A DNA stretch of 64,000 bases, taken from the NCBI GenBank assembly GCA_009392275.1, contig VFGV01000020.1, forward strand, positions 2,207-66,206, read 5' to 3'. The notes under the pieces are model-generated. The model was not told where the DNA came from, did no database searches, and saw nothing but the letters and a program-made list of their open reading frames with translations. Numbering within the stretch: position 1 is the stretch's first letter; each line of letters opens with the position of its first letter. The translations under genes and the position numbers were made by a program. Positions 31,142-39,373 of the stretch are shown in pieces. Origin of the DNA: SAR202 cluster bacterium. Its GTDB lineage: Bacteria > Chloroflexota > Dehalococcoidia > Lucifugimonadales > UBA2962.

Positions 31142-31887
31142 CTGTATTTGGAGTAAGCTTATTGTCGGGCGGGCTTGACTCAACTATCGTGACTTCTTAT
31201 GCAGCTGAAGAGGTCGACCATTTGCATGCAATTACGTTCAAATATGGTCAAACTCATGTTAAAGAAATTGACTGTGCAAAAAATATAACATCCGCCTTGA
31301 AAATTAACCATAAGGTAATCGATATATCATTTGTGCAAAACCTATCATGGTACTCTTCTCTAACCAATCCTGGTAAATTCAAAACACCAACTCAAAGACC
31401 TGAAACAGGAATAAGTGAAAATATACCAATTACTTACGTGCCGCTACGAAATACAATATTCCTATCTTTAGGTGCTGCGGCACTAGAAAGCGAAGTTTTA
31501 AACGCTATTGAAGAAAAGCATCTAGATGCATCAACTATATCTGCCAAGCTATTTATGGCGCCAAATGCCATAGATTACAGCGGCTATCCTGATTGTCGAC
31601 CAGAATTTTTTTATTCTGCGATTAACACCGTAAACCTGGGAAGTAAACTGTCAACTGAATATGATGTAGATATCGAAATTATCACACCTATAATTCATAA
31701 AACGAAAGCAGAAATAATAGATTTAGGAATGAAATTGAATTCGCCAATCGAATTAACTTGGAGTTGTTATGGAGCAAGTGAAACTCCTTGCAACTATTGT
31801 GATTCGTGTATTTTAAGAGCTCGAGGATTTGCTGAATTAGGCATCCAAGACCCAACATTAGGTAATAGTAAATTTGACATTAAATAA
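31138..31887 (+). CDS. queC: 7-cyano-7-deazaguanine synthase QueC
   Basis: SGGLDST, YGQTH, TYVPLRN, DYSGYPDCR and TWSCY...CNYCDSC. Confidence 0.95.
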   Translation: MTVFGVSLLSGGLDSTIVTSYAAEEVDHLHAITFKYGQTHVKEIDCAKNITSALKINHKVIDISFVQNLSWYSSLTNPGKFKTPTQRPETGISENIPITYVPLRNTIFLSLGAAALESEVLNAIEEKHLDASTISAKLFMAPNAIDYSGYPDCRPEFFYSAINTVNLGSKLSTEYDVDIEIITPIIHKTKAEIIDLGMKLNSPIELTWSCYGASETPCNYCDSCILRARGFAELGIQDPTLGNSKFDIK

Positions 31888-32626
31888 AACACTATCGAAG
31901 GAAATATTAAATACAAATATTGTTAAATTAAGTAAATCAGACTCTGGGAAACCAGAAATATTTGTATCTATTCAAGGAGAAGGACGTCTTGCAGGTACTC
32001 CTTGTGTCTTCGTCAGGTTGGCATCATGCAATCTCAGCTGCAGTTGGTGTGACACCAAATACACTTGGGACTGGAAAAATTACGAATATGCTGACCATGT
32101 AATGACTCTAAATAATGACGAGATTTACTCAATTATTCAAGGTCATAATCTTAAGCATGTTGTGATCACTGGAGGCGAACCACTATTACAACAACATGCT
32201 CTTTTACCTTTGATAACTGCATTATCCAAAAATAGCTATACCATCGAAATTGAATCAAACGGCACAATAGAACCATTAATGCCCATTTTCAACTTAGTTA
32301 ATCAATGGAATATATCTCCAAAATTAAGTAATTCAGGGAATTCACAAAATAAAAATGTATGCTTATCAATAATCTCTAAATATAAATCTCACCCTAATTC
32401 CTATTTAAAGTTTGTAATAGTTGATGAGCAAGATGTGTATGAATCAATCAGCTTTGCAAAATCAGTTGACTTTCCAGTCAAACGGTTAATACTAATGCCA
32501 GAAGGCAGTAAGGCCTCCAATTTAATTAGTAAGAGTAGTTGGCTTAGCGACTATTGTATAAAAAATGGTTTACGATATTCATCTCGTTTACATGTTTTAC
32601 TTTGGCAAGGTGTTAGAGGAAAATAA
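31874..32626 (+). CDS. queE: 7-carboxy-7-deazaguanine synthase QueE (radical SAM)
   Basis: EIFVSIQGEG, CNLSCSWCDT, TGGEPLLQ, IESNGT, SPKL and RLH. Confidence 0.93.
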   Translation: MTLNKTLSKEILNTNIVKLSKSDSGKPEIFVSIQGEGRLAGTPCVFVRLASCNLSCSWCDTKYTWDWKNYEYADHVMTLNNDEIYSIIQGHNLKHVVITGGEPLLQQHALLPLITALSKNSYTIEIESNGTIEPLMPIFNLVNQWNISPKLSNSGNSQNKNVCLSIISKYKSHPNSYLKFVIVDEQDVYESISFAKSVDFPVKRLILMPEGSKASNLISKSSWLSDYCIKNGLRYSSRLHVLLWQGVRGK

Positions 32627-32683
32627 ATAGTATTGTTAAAACGAAAACACAACAACTAACATTTAAAGTAGGAGGAAAGGAAG

Positions 32684-33436
32684 TTGAAATTTGCACGATA
32701 TGAATTAGATGGGGCAGTCCATTATGGCATCGTATCAGGAGATACTGTAAATAGAATTACTGGGAACCCATGGGAGAAATATGAGGTTGCTAAAGAGTCA
32801 GAATCTATTTCATCAATTAAAATACTGGCTCCTACTGCCCCGTCGAAAATAATTGCAATTGGCCTCAACTATAAAAGCCACCTAGGTGATAAAACTGCGC
32901 CTTCCGTTCCTGAACCATTTATCAAAACACCTTCGTGTATTGTTGGACCAAACGATTGTATTGTCTTACCTACAGATTCAACCATAGTTCAAGAGGAAGC
33001 TGAGTTAGCAATAATATTTGGTAAAACCTGCCGAAATGCCACAAAGCAAAATGCGCTCGATTATGTTTTCGGGTATACGTGCGCTAATGACGTTAGCGAA
33101 AGAGATTGGCAAAAGAATGATCTTCAGTGGACTAGAGCTAAATCATCGGACACATTCGGTCCAATTGGACCATTTATAGTAACGGGACTAGACCCATCTA
33201 ATTTAGCTATAAGTGCCAGATTAAATGGTCAAACAGTTCAGTCTAGTAATACTTCAGATTTATTGTTTGATGTGCCATCAATAATCGAATGGGTTAGTAA
33301 ATTTATCACAATGGAACCTGGTGATTTAATTTTGACGGGAACGCCTGGAACTACTGCAACATTAAATGATGGAGATACTATAGAAATTGAGGTTGAGGGA
33401 ATCGGAGTGTTATCGAATTGTGTTAAAGCAGAATGA
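32684..33436 (+). CDS. Fumarylacetoacetate hydrolase family protein
   Basis: SKIIAIGLNY, EAELAI, GYTCANDVSERD, AKSSDTFGPIGP and PGDLILTGTP. AGGAGG precedes the TTG start. Confidence 0.92.
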   Translation: MKFARYELDGAVHYGIVSGDTVNRITGNPWEKYEVAKESESISSIKILAPTAPSKIIAIGLNYKSHLGDKTAPSVPEPFIKTPSCIVGPNDCIVLPTDSTIVQEEAELAIIFGKTCRNATKQNALDYVFGYTCANDVSERDWQKNDLQWTRAKSSDTFGPIGPFIVTGLDPSNLAISARLNGQTVQSSNTSDLLFDVPSIIEWVSKFITMEPGDLILTGTPGTTATLNDGDTIEIEVEGIGVLSNCVKAE

Positions 33437-33442
33437 TTGAAC

Positions 33443-34171
33443 TTAGAAAATTTGCTCTAATCTCAAGAACAGCAAGTCGCTACCATCACCAATAGACCAA
33501 TAGTAAATTAGGTATACACCCGCCCCTACCATAGCTAGATTTCCTATTGGTTCAACTAATGGAAATATTCTTCGCAATATTTTACGAACCAGCTCTTTGA
33601 AGAAAACGGCTCCAATGGCAACTGCAATCATTACCACCCCCATTCCAACTCCATAGCTAAGGGAACTAATTATTGTCTCTATTATGCTATAAGTTGTAAC
33701 TGCTTTCCCCGTCACTATGCCTACTGTGGCTAAGAATATCGGCAACGCACAACTGACCGATGCAACCGCATAACCAACCCCAAACAAGAATACGTTTCTA
33801 AGCCCTTTACCCTGTCCCAGATTCACTCTACTTGCCGCAATAAATCCTAATTTCTTCTTAAATACAATCAAGGAAATCCCAAATGAAGTGATAATTATGC
33901 CTACGATCAGCCCAGCTAAAGGTAAATATTGCCCTATCACAGATCCTCCGGCTGCCACGATTAAGCCAACAATTCCAAAAACGACGATGAATCCAATGGT
34001 AGTCACTAAGCCAACCAATATTGCCCTAGAGCTATCGACTAATAAGTTGTTTGAGTCTGAATCTCCAGACAATTGATATCCGACATAAGCTGGAAACATA
34101 GCTGCTCCACATGGGTTAAAAGCAGCGACCATGCCAGCAGAGAAAGCAAATAGCAACGGCACATCTATCAT
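33443..34171 (-). CDS. ccdA: Cytochrome c biogenesis CcdA (DsbD transmembrane domain)
   Basis: AGMVAAFNPCGAAMFPAY and SVSCALPIF carry the two redox Cys; six or more TMs. Likely start is ATG 34171 after GGAG. Confidence 0.85.
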   Translation of the reverse strand: MIDVPLLFAFSAGMVAAFNPCGAAMFPAYVGYQLSGDSDSNNLLVDSSRAILVGLVTTIGFIVVFGIVGLIVAAGGSVIGQYLPLAGLIVGIIITSFGISLIVFKKKLGFIAASRVNLGQGKGLRNVFLFGVGYAVASVSCALPIFLATVGIVTGKAVTTYSIIETIISSLSYGVGMGVVMIAVAIGAVFFKELVRKILRRIFPLVEPIGNLAMVGAGVYLIYYWSIGDGSDLLFLRLEQIF

Positions 34172-34366
34172 CAAAGTACTCCAAAACAACTTGTTAAATT
34201 CATTTTATTAAAGTGTGAAATTAATTTCTTTATAGGTTAACTTACAATTGCATGTTAAATGACTTCGGTTTAGTATTAATCTAATTGTGATAATAATCTG
34301 ATGAAAATTTGGTAAAACTACTTAATTTTTCAAACTTAAACACATCAGCAGCACAACAGAAATATT

Positions 34367-36133
34367 ATGACTCAAATTCACGACAAAACAAGCAAAGACA
34401 GGGTGATTCCAATTCTTCCAGAAGAACTAGAAGAATTCGAACATGAGGTAAAGCGATTTCAAGCAGGCGAATGGAATACAGAACATGAATTTATGGCTTT
34501 TCGGCTACGCCAAGGAGTATATGGACAGCGTCAGCCGGATGTTCAAATGGTTCGAGTCAAAGCACCTTTTGGTGGATTAACGGCTGATCAACTAGATGCT
34601 CTATCCATATTTGCGGACAGGTATACACCGCTTCGTAAAGGACATATAACTACTAGAGAGAATATCCAATTCCATCACGTTAAACTTGAAGACGCAGCTG
34701 CAGGGTTGCACATTTTGGCCAAAGCCGGATTGAGCACCAGAGAAGCCTGCGGTAACACTGTTAGAAACGTTACAGGTTGCCCAATGGCAGGTGTATGCGG
34801 TGATGAACCGTTCGATGTAACCCCTTATGCAGCAGCGTACGCGAGGTATTTTGTGAGGCATCCGTTTAGCCAATCAATGCCCAGAAAAATCAAATCAGCA
34901 TTTTCTGGTTGTGAAAGTGACTGTGCAATCACACCCATCCATGATGTAGGCTTTGTGCCTAAAATCAAAGACGGTGTCAAAGGATTCAAAATGTTTATGG
35001 GTGGCGGCACATCAATTATGCCTCGGCTTGCACCGACCCTGTATGAATTCGTTAGCGAAAATGAATATCTAAAGGTTACAGAGGCTGCAATTAGGGTTTT
35101 CCATAAATCTAATGAATTGAGACGAAACCGTATGAAGGCACGGGTGAAGTTTCTAATTGACCGAATAGGTATTGATGACTTTAGAGTTTTGGTTGAAAAA
35201 GAAATGGAGGGTGATTGGGCAAAAAAATCGTTTGATCCAACAAATCTGCTTTTTATTGAAGATGAACTAGCAGATGCTCCGAATCAAGATGCAGATTTCA
35301 AACAACCCAAGTCATTAGATCCAAAATTCGATCAGTGGTGTGAATCTAACGTGGAGACTCAAAAACAGACGGGATATCACACTGCTACAGTTAAGGTAAA
35401 ACTTGGTGATCTAGATGTAGGTCAATTCCAAAGATTGGCCGATTTGTCACGGAGATTTGCTGGAGGCCGGTGTCGAATTACCCATCAGCAAAACCTAACC
35501 TTTAGATGGGTTCCTAAAAATGCACTTTATGAATTATGGAGTGAACTGGAAACAATTGGATTGGGCAATAGCGGTGTTCATCAAATCAGCGATGTAGTTT
35601 CATGCCCTGGAACCGATAGCTGCAAACTAGGAATAACCTCCTCAATGGGCCTTGCACGTGCGCTTGAAAGTATAATTGAAGAGCTAAACATCGACGATCC
35701 TTTGGTTAAAAAGATGCATGTCAAAATGAGTGGTTGTCCAAATGGATGTGGACAACATCATATAGCTGATATCGGATTTCATGGAGCAGCCGCTAAAGCC
35801 CCAGGAGGACAAGTACCTGCATATGAATTATTCTTAGGTGGAAGTTATGCGGCTAATGATGCACGTTTTGGAATTAGAGTTAAAGCCAAAATACCCGCTA
35901 AGAATGCTCCAGATGCTTTGAAAAAAATAATTCAAACATATATGTCAAAAAGAAATGACAATGAAGAATTTAAGGATTTTGCAGTAAGGTTTGGATCAGA
36001 AAATTTTGAAGAAGTGCTACAGGAGTTTAAAGATGTCGGCGAATTGAATCGCGACACCTTACCAAAATATATGGACTGGGATAAAACAATTAAATACGTT
36101 CTAGAAAGAGGCGAGGGAGAGTGCATGGTCTAG
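34367..36133 (+). CDS. Siroheme nitrite/sulfite reductase (ferredoxin-type hemoprotein)
   Basis: RLRQGVYGQRQ, HITTRENIQ, ACGNTVRNV, MPRKIK, and siroheme/4Fe-4S ligands CPGTDSC...SGCPNGC. Confidence 0.92.
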   Translation: MTQIHDKTSKDRVIPILPEELEEFEHEVKRFQAGEWNTEHEFMAFRLRQGVYGQRQPDVQMVRVKAPFGGLTADQLDALSIFADRYTPLRKGHITTRENIQFHHVKLEDAAAGLHILAKAGLSTREACGNTVRNVTGCPMAGVCGDEPFDVTPYAAAYARYFVRHPFSQSMPRKIKSAFSGCESDCAITPIHDVGFVPKIKDGVKGFKMFMGGGTSIMPRLAPTLYEFVSENEYLKVTEAAIRVFHKSNELRRNRMKARVKFLIDRIGIDDFRVLVEKEMEGDWAKKSFDPTNLLFIEDELADAPNQDADFKQPKSLDPKFDQWCESNVETQKQTGYHTATVKVKLGDLDVGQFQRLADLSRRFAGGRCRITHQQNLTFRWVPKNALYELWSELETIGLGNSGVHQISDVVSCPGTDSCKLGITSSMGLARALESIIEELNIDDPLVKKMHVKMSGCPNGCGQHHIADIGFHGAAAKAPGGQVPAYELFLGGSYAANDARFGIRVKAKIPAKNAPDALKKIIQTYMSKRNDNEEFKDFAVRFGSENFEEVLQEFKDVGELNRDTLPKYMDWDKTIKYVLERGEGECMV

Positions 36134-36292
36134 AACCTGGTTAAGGTTAATTGTTTCCTTTTACATCTGTAAATATAGTTGCTAGTTAAGCATTACGAGC
36201 AGCCATATTACAAAAATAATTCCTTGCGAGCCTTGCTATGTTGTAAATTTCGCCTCTATAAATAATCTAAAGAAACAAAATATCTAATTCTA

Positions 36293-37951
36293 TTGAAAAA
36301 TAAAAATGAAAGTGAGGCTAGTAATTTGAACGTAGATACCGCAATTTGCCGAATATTAAAGGCTGAAGGAATCGACTGGATAGCAGCTTTTCCCCATCAA
36401 TCCATAATAGACGTTGCCGCCAAAGAAGGAATCAAGCCAGTCATTGTTAGACAAGAACGAGCGGGCGTTAATATGGCAGATGCACTAAGCCGTGTTACCA
36501 ATGGTAAAACTATCGGTGTATTTACAATGCAGTACGGACCAGGTGCAGAAAATGCATTTAGTGGAGTAGCACAAGCCTACGCTGACAATGTGCCAATACT
36601 GTTACTTCCAGGAGGTAACCCACAAGACCGAGTTGGAGTTCACCCAAGTTTCGATTCTTTAGATCATTACAAAGGAATAACAAAATGGGCATCATATATT
36701 ATGTCTGCCGATCGAACTGTTGACGTTATGAGGTCTGCTTTTAGTAATTTGAGAAATGGTAGGCCAGGTCCTGTACTAGTTGAAATACCTGTAGACGTGG
36801 CTACCCATGAAGTAAAAAACTTTAACTATACGCCTGTAAAGCAAACCCGGTCCGAGGCTGACCCTCAAGATGTGTCCGATATAGTTGGAGCTATTGAAGC
36901 ATCAAGTAATCCAGTAATTACTGCTGGACAAGGAATAATGTACTCAGACGCTTCATCAGAGCTAATCGAACTAGCCGAATTAACAGGTATACCAGTAGTA
37001 ACCACGCTAGCTGGGAAAAGTGGCTTCCCTGAAAATCATCCACTATCTTTAGGCTGTGCTGCTAGAACCGCTACTGGCATGTCAGCCCACTTTTTAAATG
37101 AAACTGACATGATGATTGGTATAGGCACAAGTTTCACTAAGTCTATATTTGGCTCCCCTGTTCCAGATAAAGCAGAAATCATACAAATAACCAACCATAG
37201 CGAGGACCTACATAAGGATTATTCAATAAATTATGGAGCAGTCGGAGACGCAAAGCTTGTTATTAAACAAATTATCCAAGAATTAAGAAATAGAAATGTT
37301 AAACCCAGACAAGGAACTGCTGAGCATATAGAAGAGCAGAGAAAACAATGGATGAAGAAATGGGAACCTAAGTTGTCTTCAAATGAAATCCCGATAAGCC
37401 CTTATAGGGTATTCAGAGAGATTGAAAAAACTGTTGATGTATCAAACACAATAGTGACACATGACTCTGGCTATCCAAGAGATCAACTTGTGCCATTTTG
37501 GAAACCTGTTGAACAACACGGCTATATTGGTTGGGGTAAATCCACTCAATTAGGCTATGGCCTCGGACTAGCAATAGGAGCTAAGCTTGCCAAACCAGAA
37601 AAAACAGTAATTAATTTTATGGGAGATGCAGCATTTGGAATGGCTGGTCTCGACATAGAGACTGCTACTCGCAACAAGATTGGTATAACTACCATTGTTT
37701 TACATAACGGAGTGATGACTGGATATGCAGCTAACTATATGCCAGTTGCAGCGGACACATATGGAAGCAATCAATTAGAAGGCGACTATGCTACTGTGGC
37801 AAAAGGACTGGGAGCGCACGGAGAAAGAATTGAAAAAATCGAGGACATTTCCGCAGGAATGGAACGCGCTTTAGCAGCAAATAAAAATGGTCAACCTGCA
37901 CTTTTAGAAATTATGACCAAGGAAGAGCCAGAAGTATCTAAATACTGGTAA
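36293..37951 (+). CDS. Thiamine pyrophosphate-requiring enzyme (acetolactate synthase-like superfamily)
   Basis: RQERAGVNMAD, QYGPGAEN, GRPGPVLVEIP and the GDAAF...N TPP motif. Start may be TTG 36326 after GAGG. Confidence 0.9.
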   Translation: MKNKNESEASNLNVDTAICRILKAEGIDWIAAFPHQSIIDVAAKEGIKPVIVRQERAGVNMADALSRVTNGKTIGVFTMQYGPGAENAFSGVAQAYADNVPILLLPGGNPQDRVGVHPSFDSLDHYKGITKWASYIMSADRTVDVMRSAFSNLRNGRPGPVLVEIPVDVATHEVKNFNYTPVKQTRSEADPQDVSDIVGAIEASSNPVITAGQGIMYSDASSELIELAELTGIPVVTTLAGKSGFPENHPLSLGCAARTATGMSAHFLNETDMMIGIGTSFTKSIFGSPVPDKAEIIQITNHSEDLHKDYSINYGAVGDAKLVIKQIIQELRNRNVKPRQGTAEHIEEQRKQWMKKWEPKLSSNEIPISPYRVFREIEKTVDVSNTIVTHDSGYPRDQLVPFWKPVEQHGYIGWGKSTQLGYGLGLAIGAKLAKPEKTVINFMGDAAFGMAGLDIETATRNKIGITTIVLHNGVMTGYAANYMPVAADTYGSNQLEGDYATVAKGLGAHGERIEKIEDISAGMERALAANKNGQPALLEIMTKEEPEVSKYW

Positions 37952-37980
37952 ATCATATATTTTAAGGAATATTAATAACA

Positions 37981-39369
37981 ATGAAAATCACTAGCTTTGT
38001 AATTTTAGTAGTGTTGTCAGTCCTAATCACAGCATGTGGAACAACTGAAGTTACAAGTAACGAAACAAGTGCCAACGCGGAAGAACCTGACATCGAAGTG
38101 GTAATCTCTGAACCAATAGAAGACTCTGTTCCTGCAACACCAATACCCGAGGATACGCCTGTTCCTGAGAATACTCCTACGCCGATACCGCCTACCGCAA
38201 TACCTGCAACTCCTACTTTGGAGCCAGTAGAGGAAATTGTCGAGCCAGTAGAGGAAATTGTCGAGCCAGATATTTCCGATGATACTACTAATAATACTGA
38301 TGCTGATACGTCCACCTCATCTCCGATGGAAATAAATGAATGCTCTGATATTCCTGATATGACTCAAAGAAGCATGTGTGAAATGGCAGAAAAGATGGGA
38401 ATGAGTATGGAAGACATGATGGAAATGGCAGAAGAGATGGGCATGTTAGATGACATGGATACGGGTGAGGATGATGTGATGACTATGGATATTGCAGATA
38501 TGGAGGGAATGGGCGGCATTAACCCATGTCTCGAAGTAGAGGAGGAATATAGATCCCGATGTGAAGAATCCATTAGAAGAGAAGTTAAGCAAAATACTGA
38601 AGGAGAGAATCAGGAATCAGACGGATATTATATAGACGGGGATTTTGACCCCAACAATTTACCTAAGGTGGCTAAGTCTAATTTTGTGGAACTCGACAAA
38701 ATAGGACGAACTTCGAAACTTCGATCCGGTGTTGGTCATGATTATGCATTTAATACATCTGAATATGACCCCACTGGAGCAAGCTGCAGAAGCATGAAGC
38801 ACTATATGATTCCTATCGGAGTGCCACTAGAAAATTCTTTATATTCGATAACTCCACACACATTTGAGTGGATGTCGATAAAATTCTTTTCTCCGGTAGA
38901 TGGAGTTGTGCAAGATGTAGTATATAGTTATAACTCTTACGGTCCTGAGGCTCAATTCACTATAAGTTCTGATGACCATGCTGGATATTACTTCAATTTC
39001 TACCATGTAAATCTTGATCCAAGCTTAGTATTGGGAACTAAAGTAACGGCCGGTCAATATATAGGACATTTAGGTAGCGAGGAAGCTTGGGTAGAAATCG
39101 GTGTTGAGGTTAGGGTAAATTCAAGGGAATCGCATTTGGTATCTTTTATACAAGTAGCTACAGATGAAGTTCTATCAGAATATCAATCCCGTGGACTAAA
39201 TTCGTCGGCAGATGTAATAGTCACCAAAGAAGAGAGAGATGCTAAGCCGCTGGCATGTGACAGGAACTCAGAGGCTGGGTGGTTTGAAGGTGGTGGCAGC
39301 TATAAGCCAACAGAATCATTTATGATATGGCAATTTGAGAGCGATGAAAATTGGTTCTTTTTCAACTAA
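37981..39369 (+). CDS. Lipoprotein with Pro/Thr/Glu linker, Met-rich segment and C-terminal M23-like beta domain
   Basis: Lipobox ITAC; PTP-rich linker; MCEMAEKMGMSMEDMMEMAEEMGM; SPVDGVV...FYHV...GTKVTAGQYIG resembles an M23/hybrid fold. Confidence 0.7.
   Translation: MKITSFVILVVLSVLITACGTTEVTSNETSANAEEPDIEVVISEPIEDSVPATPIPEDTPVPENTPTPIPPTAIPATPTLEPVEEIVEPVEEIVEPDISDDTTNNTDADTSTSSPMEINECSDIPDMTQRSMCEMAEKMGMSMEDMMEMAEEMGMLDDMDTGEDDVMTMDIADMEGMGGINPCLEVEEEYRSRCEESIRREVKQNTEGENQESDGYYIDGDFDPNNLPKVAKSNFVELDKIGRTSKLRSGVGHDYAFNTSEYDPTGASCRSMKHYMIPIGVPLENSLYSITPHTFEWMSIKFFSPVDGVVQDVVYSYNSYGPEAQFTISSDDHAGYYFNFYHVNLDPSLVLGTKVTAGQYIGHLGSEEAWVEIGVEVRVNSRESHLVSFIQVATDEVLSEYQSRGLNSSADVIVTKEERDAKPLACDRNSEAGWFEGGGSYKPTESFMIWQFESDENWFFFN
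38221..38269 (+). repeat. 21-bp tandem repeat (about 2.3 copies) encoding EPVEEIV
   Basis: GAGCCAGTAGAGGAAATTGTC twice, followed by GAGCCAG. Confidence 0.9.
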
Positions 39370-39373
39370 ATCT

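Noticed and set aside
36251-36271. CGCCTCTATAAATAATCTAA, resembling the 3' half of a preQ1-I riboswitch
   Set aside because: No pairing AGAGG 5' strand upstream, and it precedes a TPP enzyme rather than que genes.
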